Position numbers and translations under genes: made by a program
Origin: Vulcanimicrobiota bacterium
Lineage (GTDB): Bacteria; Vulcanimicrobiota; Vulcanimicrobiia; Vulcanimicrobiales; Vulcanimicrobiaceae
NCBI GenBank assembly: GCA_963833095.1
Contig: CAWHWQ010000005.1
Location: 160,001 to 224,000, forward strand
Reading direction: 5' to 3'
DNA: 64,000 bases
The notes under the pieces: model-generated
Told to the model about the DNA's origin: nothing
Database searches by the model: none
Seen by the model: the letters and a program-made list of their open reading frames with translations, nothing else
Shown: piece after piece, positions 10,086 to 22,206 of the stretch
Numbering within the stretch: position 1 is the stretch's first letter
Layout of the letters: the number at the start of each line of letters is the position of its first letter

Positions 10086-10117
10086 AAAAGGCCCGGTGTT
10101 TTTCACCGGGCCTTTTT
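10086..10117. terminator. Rho-independent (probably bidirectional) terminator
   Basis: AAAAGGCCCGGTG-TTTTT-CACCGGGCCTTTTT. Confidence 0.85.
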
Positions 10118-10122
10118 CCTTT

Positions 10123-10163
10123 TGTCATCCTGAGCGTAGGCGCGAAGCGCCGTAGTCGAAGGA
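10123..10163 (+). repeat. Intergenic REP-like palindromic element
   Basis: TGTCATCCTGAGCGTA-GGCGC-GAA-GCGCC-GTAGTCGAAGGA. Confidence 0.7.
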
Positions 10164-10174
10164 CCGGCGAGAGC

Positions 10175-10741
10175 CTACTCGAGATCGTTCGGATCCAGCA
10201 CGAAGGCCGTTTCGCATCCAGGGAATCGTAACTCGACCGTTTCCCACTCGCGTCGCGCGCCGTTGATCTCGATCGAGCGCCGGTACGGGTCGATGAGCAC
10301 GACGATCGCCGCGCCATTTTTGTGAAACGCGTCGATGCGTTCGCGGACCTCGCGGCGATTGTCGGTGCGGGAGATGATTTCGAAAACAACGTCGGGACAC
10401 AGCGGCGCGAAACGCTCTTGCTGATCCTCGGTGAGCGCATCCCACTTCCACTTCTGCACCCAAGCAGCGTCCGGACCGTACACGCTCGTATCCGGCAAGC
10501 GAAAGCCGGCCGAGGAATCGAACACGACGCCTTTGCCCTCGCGACGATTCCAGACGCCCAGTTCAAGCGTTAACACGCCGTTTCGGCGGCTGCTGTTGCT
10601 CCCAGCCGGCGGCGTCACGATAATATCCCCGTCGGCACTGCGCTCGAACGACAGCGAACGGTTGCGCAGATTAAGCTCGAGCAGGTCGTCGTCGGAAACG
10701 GGACCCACCCAGTGAATGCGAACGGCGTCAGCACCCATCAT
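10175..10741 (-). CDS. Uma2 family (DUF820) PD-(D/E)xK endonuclease-like protein
   Basis: FDSSAGFRLPD..GPDAAWV, PLCPDVVFEIIS, VLIDP. Confidence 0.85.
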   Translation of the reverse strand: MMGADAVRIHWVGPVSDDDLLELNLRNRSLSFERSADGDIIVTPPAGSNSSRRNGVLTLELGVWNRREGKGVVFDSSAGFRLPDTSVYGPDAAWVQKWKWDALTEDQQERFAPLCPDVVFEIISRTDNRREVRERIDAFHKNGAAIVVLIDPYRRSIEINGARREWETVELRFPGCETAFVLDPNDLE

Positions 10742-10814
10742 TTCCTCACCGTTATATCCCACCGAGTCCGCAAAAAACAAGGTTCCCGTTTAGGTGCGCG
10801 ACGACAAACGGGGC

Positions 10815-12002
<1,188 letters not shown>

Positions 12003-12006
12003 TGAG

Positions 12007-14107
12007 TTAATCTCCTTGGCCCTTGGGGCTTGCAGTTGCAACGAGATCTGCGAATTTGCCGTTCGATTCGGCGAGCTTTTTCAAGAGCGGAGCCGGCTCC
12101 CAGCCAAACGCTACGACCTTGTCGTAAACGTTCTTTACGCCGATCTCATCGGCGTACCACATCGGGCCGCCGCGATGCGGCGGGAAGCCGTAGCCATAAA
12201 CGTAGACGATGTCGATGTCGCCTGGGCGAATCGCAACGCCCTCTTCGAGCAGAAACGCGCCGCGATTGACCAGCGCGTAGATCAGGCGATCGCGAATCTC
12301 GTCGTCGGTCACTTCGCGCGGCGCGATGCCGGCCTTCTTGGCTTCTTCTGCGAAGAGCGCTTCGACGTCGGGATCCGGAATCGGCTCGCGGCCTTTGCCG
12401 ACGGCCTTGTCGTACTTGAAGTAACCCGCCCCGGTCTTCTGTCCGAGGCGATTGAGTCTCGACCAAACGATCGACGACGTTGCTGCGGCCCTTGGCCAGA
12501 TCGGCCTTCGATTGCTGGATGTGCCACGCGACGTCGATGCCCGAGAGATCGCTCATCGCGAACGGTCCCATCGGGAAGCCGAACTTCTTGGCGAACTTGT
12601 CGATGCGCGCCGGCGCGACGCCCTCTTCGGCGAGCGCGACCGCTCGCGAGCGTAGTCGAACACCATGCGGTTGCCGATGAAGCCGAACGCGTTGGCCGAG
12701 AGCACGGCGGTCTTGCGCAGCGCTTTGCCGAGTTTGAACGCGGTCGCCAGCGTTTGCGGCGACGTGTCCTTGCCGCGCACGATCTCGAGCAGCGGCATGA
12801 TGTTGGCCGGCACGAAGAAGTGCAGGCCGACGAACTTGTCGGGGCGCTTGGTCACCGCGGCCATTTCGTCGATGTCGAGCGTCGAGGTGTTGGAGGCGAG
12901 GATCGCTTCGGGCTTTACGATCGCGTCGAGTTTGGCGAAGACTTCTTTCTTCACGTCCATGTTCTCAAACACGGCTTCGACGACGACGTCGGCGTCGGCC
13001 AGTTCGTTCCAGTCGTCGGTGAACTGATCGACTGGCCGCGCTTCCAGGCTTCTTCTTGCGTCATGCGGCCCTTCTGCACTTGGTACATGAACATGCCCAT
13101 CACGGTCTGCCGCGCTTTGTCGACGGCTGCGTCGTTGGAGTCGACGACGTGCACCGGGATGCCGGCTTGCGCGAACGTGATCGCGATGCCGGTGCCCATC
13201 GTGCCCGCGCCGATGACGCCGGCCTTCTTGATCTCGAGCGGCTCCGCAGCCGGAAGGCCCGGGATCTTCGCGAGTTCGCGTTCGGCGAAGAACACGTGAC
13301 GCAGCGCTGCCGACGGCGGCCGAGCGCACGAGCTGTTCGAACAGCCGGGCTTCGCGCGCGATGCCGAACGGGAAGGTCAATTCGACCGCGGCTTCGACCG
13401 CGTCGATGAGCTTGTGCGCGGCGAATCCGCCGTTGTCTTCGGGCGGCACCATCTTGTGCGCCTGCGACACGACGAACGGCGCGGCTTTGGCGACGATGCC
13501 TTTGCCGAGGCACGGCTTGCGTCCGAGATGCGGCGCTTGCCGCCTGTCGCGCGAGGTTGATCGCGGCATCGAGCGGATCGCTCTCGACGACTTCGTCGAG
13601 GATGCCCAGTTCCTTGGCCTCGTCCATCTTGACGTTGCGCCCTTGAGCATGAACTCGAGCGCGGCTTGCGCGCCGATCAGGCGCGGCAAGACGTTGCGTT
13701 CCGCCGGCACCCGGCAGCAAGCCGAGCTTGATCTCGGGCAGGCCGACTTTCGCTTCGGCCGGCGCGACGCGATAGTCGCACGCGAGCGCGAGTTCGAGGC
13801 CGCCGCCGAGCGCGTTGCCTTCGATCGCGGCGACGTAGATTTTCTCGCTCTTCTCGATCGCGGCGATCACGTCGCGAATCGTCTTGGTTTCCGGCGTCGG
13901 CTCGGTGGCGAAGTCGTTGACGTCGGCGCCGCCCGAGAAGTGCCCGTTGGCGCCGGTGAACACGACTGCCGTGATACTGGTATCGGCCGCCGCGGCCTCG
14001 ACGATCGGCACGATCTCCGAGAAGGCGAACGAAAGCGCGTTGACCGGCGGATTGTCGAGCGTGAAACGCGCACGCCGTCGTGATCTTGCGTGCGTAATGG
14101 GCGCCAT
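12007..14107 (-). CDS. Bifunctional enoyl-CoA hydratase/3-hydroxyacyl-CoA dehydrogenase, frameshifted
   Basis: [59 protein letters not shown] across several frames. Confidence 0.88.
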
Positions 14108-14109
14108 GA

Positions 14110-15929
14110 TTACGCTAGCACCGCCGACTTACGATCGAGCTCGAATGCATCTTCGGGCAACGGTCATCACGTCGGCCGAGCCTTCCATGATCTGCTTCTT
14201 GTACTACGCGCCTTGCGACAGCACGTGCGACATGTAGAATTTCGCGGTCGCGAGCTTGGCTTGGTAGAACGGATCCTGATCGCCCGCGGCGATCTTCTCG
14301 GCCGCGATCTGCGCGGCGCGCGCCATCTGCCAGCCGCCGGCGACGACGCCCCACAGCTTGAGGTACGGCACCGAACACGCGAAGGCTTTGTGCAGATCGC
14401 CCATCGCGTTCATGCCGATCCACTGCGAGACTTCCGCCAGCGCGCGAGGCCCTTGAGCAGCGATTCGCCGACGGCTTTCACGTCGGCGTTCTCGTGGGCC
14501 GCGGCTTCTTTGGCGAACTTCTCCATCTTCTTGACCACGGTGGTCGCGGTCGCGCCCATGTCGCGGATCAGCTTGCGTCCGACGAGGTCGAGCGCCTGGA
14601 TGCCGGTCGTGCCTTCGTAGATCGTGGTGATGCGCACGTCGCGGTACTGCTGCGCGATGCCGGTCTCTTCGACGTAGCCCATGCCGCCGAAGACCTGCAG
14701 CGCGTTCGAGCACAGGTCGACGCGGTCTCGGTGCACCAGCCCTTGACGATCGGGATCATCAGCTCGACGAAGGCCTTGTGCTCCTTGCGCACCTTCTCGT
14801 CGGGATGCTTGTTGCGCAAAATCGAGCGAGGCGGCGGTGACGTAGGCGAGCGCGCGCATCGCTTCGATGTTGGCCTTCTGCCACATCAGCATGCGGCGCA
14901 CGTCGGGATGCTCGATGATGCGCACCGGCGTCTTATCGCGCGTGCGGCGTCGGGCAACTGGACGCGCTCCTTGGCGTACTCGAGCGAGTGCTGGTACGCG
15001 CGGTCCGCGACCGCATAGCCTTGCACGCCGACCGAGAAACGCGCCGCGTTCATCATGATGAACATGTATTCGAGGCCGCGATTGGCTTCGCCGACCAGAT
15101 AGCCGATCGCGCCTTTGCCTTTTTCGCCGAAGTTCATCGTGCACGTCGGGTTGCCGTTGATGCCGAGCTTGTGCTCGATGCCGGCGCAGACGATGTCGTT
15201 GCGCTCGCCCAGCGAGCCGTCGGCGTTGACCAGGACCTTCGGAACGATGAAGAGCGAGATGCCCTTGGTGCCTTCCGGCGCGTCGGGCAGACGCGCGAGG
15301 ACGAGGTGAATGATGTTCTCGGCCATGTCGTGCTCGCCGAACGTGATGAAGATCTTCTGTCCGGTGAGCAGGTAGTGGTCGCCCTCGGGCACGGCCTTGG
15401 TGCGAACCTGCGCGAGATCCGAACCGGCTTGCGGCTCGGTGAGACACATCGTGCCCGTCCACTTGCCGGAAACGAGATTCGGAATGTACGTCTGCTTCTG
15501 CTCTTGCGAGCCGCAGAGTTCGATCGCTTCGATCGCGCCTTGGTTGAGCAGCGGACCGTTGGCAAAGCCGATGTTCGCCGCGTTCCACATCTCGAGCGTC
15601 GGCCCGAGCAGGAGCGAGGGCAATCCTTGGCCGCCGTATTCGGCGGGAACCGGAAGACCGATCCAGCCGGCGTCGGCGAATTTTTTATAGGCTTCTTTGA
15701 AGCCTTTGGGCGTCGTGACCTCGCCGTCTTTCCACGTGCAGCCTTCTTTGTCGGCGACGCGATTGAGCGGATCGAGCACGCCGGTGGCAAACGCCGCGGC
15801 CTCTTCGAGAATCGAATCGAGCACGTCCGTCGTGTCCTCGAATCCGGGAAGTTTGGCGACTTCTTCGACGCCTGCGAGTTCGCGCAGGACGAACTGCATG
15901 TCGCGGAGGGGGGCGCGGTACGTGCTCAT
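14110..15929 (-). CDS. Acyl-CoA dehydrogenase (DmdC/FadE5-like), frameshifted
   Basis: YRAPLRDMQF, GTMCLTEPQAGSD, GQKIFIT, MNAAR, QVFGGMGY, IYEGTTGIQALDL. Confidence 0.88.
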
Positions 15930-15952
15930 CGTGTCGTTTTCTCCCGCGTCGA

Positions 15953-16341
15953 TTAAGCGGCGCTGACGTTGTAGAGTTCGCTGCGCAGTCGAGCGACCGA
16001 GCCTGCGAGCATGTCAAGATACGGAAGCATGGCGGATTTGATGCGTTCGAGTCGCGCGCGGCCTTCTCGGTGATGCGGTAGAAGCGGCGCGAGCGTTTGG
16101 TGGGATGCTCCCACTCGCCGACGACGAAACCGCGCTCCTCTAAACGACGCAACAGCGGATAGATGGTGTTCGTATTCACCGCCAGAAGGCCGGCGCAGAG
16201 ATTCTCGATGCGGGCCATGAGGCCGGAGCCGTGGTCGGGCTCGTCGGCAAGCAAATGCAGGACCAAGACCGGGAAAACGGTCTTCGACTTGATCGGGCCC
16301 CGAAGGACCTCTTCGGCGGGGGCGACCTGCTTGGGACTCAT
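15953..16341 (-). CDS. PadR-family transcriptional regulator (one frameshift near the 3' end)
   Basis: TIYPLLRRLEERG, RRFYRITEK; continues in another frame to a stop at 15953. Confidence 0.85.
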
Positions 16342-16465
16342 ATTATATAGAATATTATTAAATCTAATAAGAGTTCCACCCTGCCAGACATTGGTCGACT
16401 CCCAATGGCGCGAGCGGAGCCGCGCGACTTTTAGCCGGGCAAAGCTTTAGCTTTGCACGATAAAG

Positions 16466-18462
16466 TCATTGGCCGGGGCAGGACTGCCCGACGAGCAAGA
16501 TGCCCTTGAACGCGGCCCTGTCGCTGGTCGGGAAGGGTGCAGCGCCAAAAGGCTTCACGCAGTTCGAGGCAAGCAAGTACGCCATGATGGAGGCGTAAGT
16601 CGTCGGTGACAGCGAGCCGGGCGCGGTCAGCGGCATCTGCTTCGTAACGAACGTTCGCAACGCCGAGATGGTCAGATGCGATTGTCCGAATGCCGATCCG
16701 GCGAGCGCCGGTGCCGACACGCCTTGCAACTGCGCTCCGTGACAGGCCGCGCACGACTGCGTGTACGCGATCTTTCCCGCGGTCACTTGCGCTTGCGTAT
16801 AAGGCGCAGTTCCAGTTTGCATGACGCCGGAGGCAACGACGCTCGCGGCCGCGCTCTGTCCGGTTGTTCCATTGTGCACCGGGTTGGTTGCGCCGACACT
16901 GAACGCTATCACATAGTCGCCGTTCGTAGCCGGAAGATTCGGCGTCTTTTGATTTCCGGGCTCGCCGACCGTCACGACCAAATATTCTTGTCCGTCGATG
17001 CTGTATGACGAAAAAGGTGCGACGATTGCGCTGTGCGTCGCATACGTCCAGAGTTGTTTTCCGGTCTTGGTATCCAGCGCATAGAGATTGCCGGCGAGAT
17101 CGCTCGAGAACGTAAGGCCGGTCGAGGTCACCAGCGCGCCGCCCTGCGCTGGATAGGGCACCGGCGTTCGCCACGCAAGTTTTCCGGTTGAAACGTCCAC
17201 CGCGTTGACGATGCCCGTGCCGTCTTGACGTTTCGTCGGCGGGCCGCCGCGATAATTCTGTCCTTGTTGCCACGGCGGTTGTACCGCGTAACTCCGAAAA
17301 ACGCCGCATTCTTGTGTAACCGGGATGATGAAGTAATTCGTCGCGGCATCGTATGCGCCGCCGTTCCACTCCGCGCCGCCGCCATGATTCGGACAGGCTT
17401 TGAGTCCCGCCGGCGTCGGCGTCATGTCGAGCCCGTATTGATTGGCGACCGGCAAACGGTGCACGACCGCGCCGCTCGCGCGATCGAGAACGACGAAGTC
17501 ACCCGCTTTATCGGCGATCGCCAGGAGATGCCGGCTTTGCCCGTTCACCGTCCCGTCAAAGAGCACCGGCGGCATGGCGGGATCCGCATCGTGCGTATCG
17601 GGGTTGAGGATCTGGTAGTACCACTTCATCTTTGGCTGCGCGCCGGAGATATCGAGCGCGACCACCGAGTCACTGTAGAGATTCTTGCCCTTGCGCGTCG
17701 CGTCGGAGAAGTCCGGTGAGGCATTGCCCGGCGCGATGTAGAGTGTCTTGGTCGTTGGGTCAACCGACAATCCGCCCCAGAGGGCGGCGCCACCGTGTTT
17801 CCAGGAATCGCCGGGCCACGTCTCGTGGCCGGGTTCACCCTGCGCGGGAATCGTGTTCCATTGCCACAGCTTCGAACCGTCGGCAGCGTTGAAGGCTTGG
17901 ATGCTGCCGTTCCCGCCGAAATCGCCACCCGCGACACCAACCAACAACATCGTCTTATACGGATACACGGCCATCGAATACCAGTTGTTGGCCTGATTCG
18001 AACAGCCGGAAACGTTCCACACTTCTTTGCCCGTTGCTGCGTCGAGCGCGCGCACGCGGCAATCTTGCGTCGCGATAAAGACTTTATCAGCGGCGAGGCC
18101 GGCACCACGGTTCGTGGCAAAATCGAGAATCGCCGCTGGCGAGTAGGGCGAATCCCACTTCAGCGCCCCGGTTTTTGCGTCGAGCGCAAGCACGTGGTTG
18201 TGCGGAGTCGTGAGGTACATCACGCCGCTGGCAATGATTGGCGCGGCCTCTTGTTCGCCGACGTCGGCGAGCTGCGTGCTCCAGGCCGGCGCAAGCTGCG
18301 CGACATTTTGCGCCGTGATGGTCGACGTCACAGAACGATTGAAGCCAAGGTTGTATCCGGCGAGCGGCCAATCTCCCGCGGCCGCGGCGTTTGTCCCCGG
18401 TTGAACGATTGTGAGCATCCCGCCAGCATGGTGATCGCAAGAGCGACGGTGACGACCTTCAT
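16466..18462 (-). CDS. PQQ-dependent dehydrogenase with C-terminal cytochrome c (quinohaemoprotein), lipoprotein
   Basis: PQQ W-motifs (ALDAKTGALKW), TWPGDSWKHGGAALW, CAACH; upstream ATG 18462 with GAGG RBS gives MKVVTVALAITMLAGC lipobox via one frameshift. Confidence 0.85.
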
Positions 18463-18477
18463 ATCAGTCCTCGCAAT

Positions 18478-19072
18478 TCATGTGGTGGGATCCGGCAACT
18501 CCTTGAATGATTGTTTGACTCGATATTCACTATACGGATAGCGTGAGCGCAATTCCGCCCACTGCGTGAGCATCTCGTCGCTGTCGGGATCACGCCGGTA
18601 GCGAGTGACGCCGAGATAGTATTGCGCCTCGGGAGCCGCGTAACTCGTCGAGAAGCGGCGCAACACGTCGAGATAACAGCGCTCCGCTTCGTCCCACCGC
18701 TTCAAGCGCAAAAAGGCCAATCCAACGCGCACTGCAAACGCGCGACGAACTCGAACGGCGGCAAGAAGCCGTCCCAGCGATACATCTCGTAGCCGTCGGT
18801 ATTCATAATTCTGATATCCGGCGTCCAGATATGATGAATGGTGTGGAGAAACTGATTGTTCTTCGGGTCTGAGTTGTCGATCTGCACGGGGATCGCGTGC
18901 GCGGTGATCGCTTCTCTGACCAGGTCTTGTGGATACGTCACGGCATCCAGCGCTTGGCATCCCCCTCAACCGGGGTTAAAGATTCCAGGAGAACGAATTT
19001 TCGCTCGTCCTTTGCGCGTTCGAGCATGGCGGTATAATCATGCTGCCAAAAGTCCGCTTCTTGCGTTTCCAT
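18478..19072 (-). CDS. Thioredoxin-like/TPR protein with UxxC motif (candidate selenoprotein), two frameshifts
   Basis: METQEADFWQHDY...KFVLL/IFNPG-TGA-GGCQALDAVTYP...WTP...GFLPP/TPR-like APEAQYYLG. Confidence 0.7.
18930..18949 (-). promoter_or_regulatory. Candidate bacterial SECIS hairpin
   Basis: UGGAUGC-CGUGAC-GUAUCCA, stem starts 16 nt after the in-frame UGA (18966-18968). Confidence 0.6.
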
Positions 19073-19134
19073 ATCGTAAGCCTATCACATACCGGCTATG
19101 CTCAGGCAACAGCGGTCGGGCAGACTCTGCCCTC

Positions 19135-19713
19135 ATGGGAGACTGCTACAGCCTTGCCCGGGCACTCGTTGTGCCCAATCGTCCGAACGGCGCCGGCGCG
19201 ATTTCTGCAACCCTGGAACGCTTCGGCAACGGCGCTCTTCGTTTTGCCCTCGATCGTCAGACACGTGTCGCGCCACTCCATCGCGGCGAGAAATATCGCG
19301 AGGCCTCGCCGGCGCTCGCACGCTTGGGCATCGACGTCGATGCGTGGCCCGCGCCGCCGGCCGGCCTCTTCGTGGTGGAGGAGCGCACCGTGTATCTGCG
19401 TTCGCGCAGCGCCATGACCGTCGCGCACGAATTCGGACATGCCCTCGACTGCGCACTCGGCAACGGCGTCTATCGTTCCGGCATCGATCCGCACATTCGC
19501 CGGCTCTTCATCGACGCGCGCAGTTTCGTAACGCCATACGCGGCCACCGGCATCGATGAATATTTTGCTGAGGCGCTCCGCGCGTTCGTGGAAGCGAACG
19601 ATCCCGCATCGCACTGGCCGCGCGCTACGAAGGCGCGCCTACGAAACATCGATCTGGGACTGTACGAATATGTTGAGCGCCTCTTCCGCGTTGATTTTAG
19701 CGCGGCGGCGTAG
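19135..19713 (+). CDS. HExxH zinc metallopeptidase, anthrax-lethal-factor (ATLF)-like; start uncertain
   Basis: AHEFGHALD ... FVTPYAAT..DEYFAE. Confidence 0.75.
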   Translation: MGDCYSLARALVVPNRPNGAGAISATLERFGNGALRFALDRQTRVAPLHRGEKYREASPALARLGIDVDAWPAPPAGLFVVEERTVYLRSRSAMTVAHEFGHALDCALGNGVYRSGIDPHIRRLFIDARSFVTPYAATGIDEYFAEALRAFVEANDPASHWPRATKARLRNIDLGLYEYVERLFRVDFSAAA

Positions 19714-19717
19714 CGAA

Positions 19718-20086
19718 CTACCTTATCGGGTAGGCTTCGAAAGTGTTGCTTCCCACTTGCCTGGTGGAGCAGCGCGCCGCGTGCGATGCACTCACCGGTG
19801 CCCCGTGGACAACCCACCTGTCGCCCGCCAACGGGTAGCCGGCGTTTATCACGTAGACCTCGCACGGCGCATTTTTTCTCTGTGGATCGCGGAACAATAC
19901 GTACGCCTTTCCCCCGAGGCCCAAATCACACTTAAAGCTGGTAGGGCTGGAAAGACGGCACTGGTTGTAGGGGCTCTGCCACGCTGTTAGACCGAATTTT
20001 CCGTAAATATGGCAGGCGGCACTGGCGACGCCGGTGACCGCGAAGAGCGCAACAGCCAGCGCCACCAAAAAGCGACGTTCCTTCAT
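19718..20086 (-). CDS. Small secreted Cys-containing hypothetical protein
   Basis: AGGAG RBS, signal peptide ending ASA, five Cys in mature part. Confidence 0.65.
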   Translation of the reverse strand: MKERRFLVALAVALFAVTGVASAACHIYGKFGLTAWQSPYNQCRLSSPTSFKCDLGLGGKAYVLFRDPQRKNAPCEVYVINAGYPLAGDRWVVHGAPVSASHAARCSTRQVGSNTFEAYPIR

Positions 20087-20224
20087 TGTGCGAAACTCCT
20101 AGAAGCAGCCATTGACTCAGCTGCTTTTCTCCATCCTACACCGTCCTACGCCAACACTACAAGCTCGGTAGTTTTACGGCATCCCTAGACATCGGAATCA
20201 CGACTCCCATCCAATTCCACATAA

Positions 20225-20325
20225 TTGCCGAAGCGCTCCGCGCGTTTGTCGAGGCCAATGATCCCGCCTCGCACTGGCCGCGCGCGATGAAGCGGCGTCT
20301 ACAAACGATCGATCCCGAGATGTAA
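20225..20325 (+). pseudogene. Diverged duplicate of the peptidase 3' region (part 1)
   Basis: AEALRAFVEANDPASHWPRAMKRRLQTIDPEM* versus AEALRAFVEANDPASHWPRATKARLRNIDLGL at about 19565-19660. Confidence 0.85.
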
Positions 20326-20329
20326 TCGA

Positions 20330-20830
20330 ACCTATGTCGGCAACGTTGGCGGAGCTGGAGGCATCGGCAGCGTGGTCGGTCCAACATCGGGATTTTGCCG
20401 ACGCTTCCGTCAACGAAGTGCGCGCTAACGGTGGTAAAGTTACGCGGATTATCGTCAAGGTCGTAGTAATCGAACGTAGTCGTCGCTGAGAGGTCGCTTA
20501 TTAGCTGCCCGACCATCGTGGCCGAGAGTAATTCCTCGATTGCAGGAACCGAGATCAATCCGTTCGGCAAGAAACGCCCAGCGTCGACGAAATCAACATC
20601 GCCATCAAGGTACGACGCCTGAAACACGACGCGATCGATTGTCACCGACGAAAGATTCAGGAACCGAACGCCGAGAATAGCCGCCCCGTTCTTACGACCG
20701 ATCCCGTGCGTACGACCCCTTTCAAAGAATGCAATGCATGAAACTATTCCGATCGGATCCTTTGTCGCATTGTCGATCGAAGCAGGAATCGGTGTGGCAT
20801 CGTTGTCGCGGTGACTCGATAAAGTGATCC
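20330..20830 (-). pseudogene. 5'-truncated remnant of an exported hypothetical protein (limits approximate)
   Basis: Protein-like stretch PIGIVSC...VRFLNLSSVTIDRVVF...VDAGRFLP...AHFVDGS without start or signal peptide. Confidence 0.45.
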
Positions 20831-21696
20831 GGTGCGTCGATCGACCCACTCGACAGCGCACACGAAAGGAGCGCAACACCTTCGGCGATTTCCGCCTGGT
20901 CCCAAAGGGTTCTGTCCTGGCTCGAAAGCGGGATCAACTCGCCACCACTTCCGGCCCGAGCCAAGCGTCTTGCATCGTTAAGCAGCATCAGGGCTAGCAG
21001 CCCCATCACGTTGCCATTATCCGGAAGTAGGCGTTGAAGCATGCGAGTCAAGCGGATCGCCTCGCGTGAAAGCTGCAAGACCTGCAACTGTGGGCCGGTG
21101 CTGGTAACGTAGCCTTCGTTGAAAATCAGATACAACACGTGCAAGACGGAGTGAAGGCGCGAGTTCCACTCCTCGCCGTTCGGCAAACGAAAGGGAATGC
21201 CCGAAGCCTTGATGCTCTGCTTCGCGCGACTGATACGTTGGGCCATCGTGGTCTCGGGAACGAGAAAGGCATTGGCGATTTGCGCTGTCGTCAAGCCCCC
21301 GACGGCGCGCAACGTCAAGGCGATGGCGGAAGACGCGCTTAGCGCCGGGTGAGCACACATGAAAAGCGACGCCAGCGAATCGTCCCGTTCCGGATCCGCG
21401 TCACACTCGCTCGCCGATAAGTAACCGAAATGAAGGGCCCGGCTCTCGCGTTGCCGGCGCGCCGACTCGCTGCGCTGGTGATCGACCATACGCCGCGACG
21501 CAACGCGGATCAACCACGCCCGAGGGTTCTCGGGAAGGCCCTCGCCCGGCCACTGAGTAGCGGCTGCAAGCAGCGCCTCTTGGACAGCGTCTTCGGCAGC
21601 GCTGAAATCGCCAAAACGCCGAGCCACCCAGCCGAGCACCTTCGGCGCCAGTTCGCGCAGAAGATGCTCGATTTGCGGCGTCAAGCCGGTCGTCAA
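20722..21696 (-). pseudogene. ECF sigma factor with C-terminal extension (ECF42/DUF6596-type), 3' truncated
   Basis: AEDAVQEALLAA, CAHPAL, TMAQRISRAK, VLYLIFNEGY, QDRTLWD; similarity ends near 20850. Confidence 0.75.
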
Positions 21697-22088
21697 ACGA
21701 ACTCTTCCGGTGGCCCGCTCATCACCTGCCGCACTTCAATAGGCATATTCAACGGCTTGCCACCGGCACCGGGCGCCGCCGACGCGCGTGCGGCGATAGC
21801 ATAGGCTGCTTCGGGCGTCTCGACCTCGACGATCCAAAAGCCGGCGAGAAATTCTTTGGACTCCGGGAAGACGCCGTCGGTGATCGGCTCCCCGTTCTTC
21901 CCGGCACGCACTACCGTGGCCTCATCGGGAAACGCCAGCCCTTCGGCACCAACGAGCACTCCCGACGCGGTCAGATCCTTGTTCAGGCCAAGCATGAAAG
22001 CGATATGCGCCTTGATCTCATCGCGCGACCAAGAATCAAACCCCTGGGATCCCGACTTCATCGTGTTCATCATCAAAATGTACTTCAC
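21693..22088 (-). CDS. YciI/DGPF-family protein
   Basis: ITDGVFPESKEFLAGFWIV, IEVRQV; overlaps sigma factor start. Confidence 0.88.
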   Translation of the reverse strand: MKYILMMNTMKSGSQGFDSWSRDEIKAHIAFMLGLNKDLTASGVLVGAEGLAFPDEATVVRAGKNGEPITDGVFPESKEFLAGFWIVEVETPEAAYAIAARASAAPGAGGKPLNMPIEVRQVMSGPPEEFV

Positions 22089-22206
22089 TGTTCTCCCTTT
22101 CGTTGTCCGCCCAAAATGGGCTTTACACGACCTAGTCGGAGCTCCGGGGCATTTCTCGACATCGGGGCCCTAGCCAATTCCACGTAATCGCCGCGGCACT
22201 GAGTCC

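Noticed and set aside
10175..10741. Uma2 gene as a defence system or mobile element
   Set aside because: Common solitary family; no partner genes, terminal repeats or target duplications seen.
14204..14206. In-frame TAG in the acyl-CoA dehydrogenase as pyrrolysine or readthrough
   Set aside because: Lies in an error-rich block at a non-catalytic position; a substitution error is simpler.
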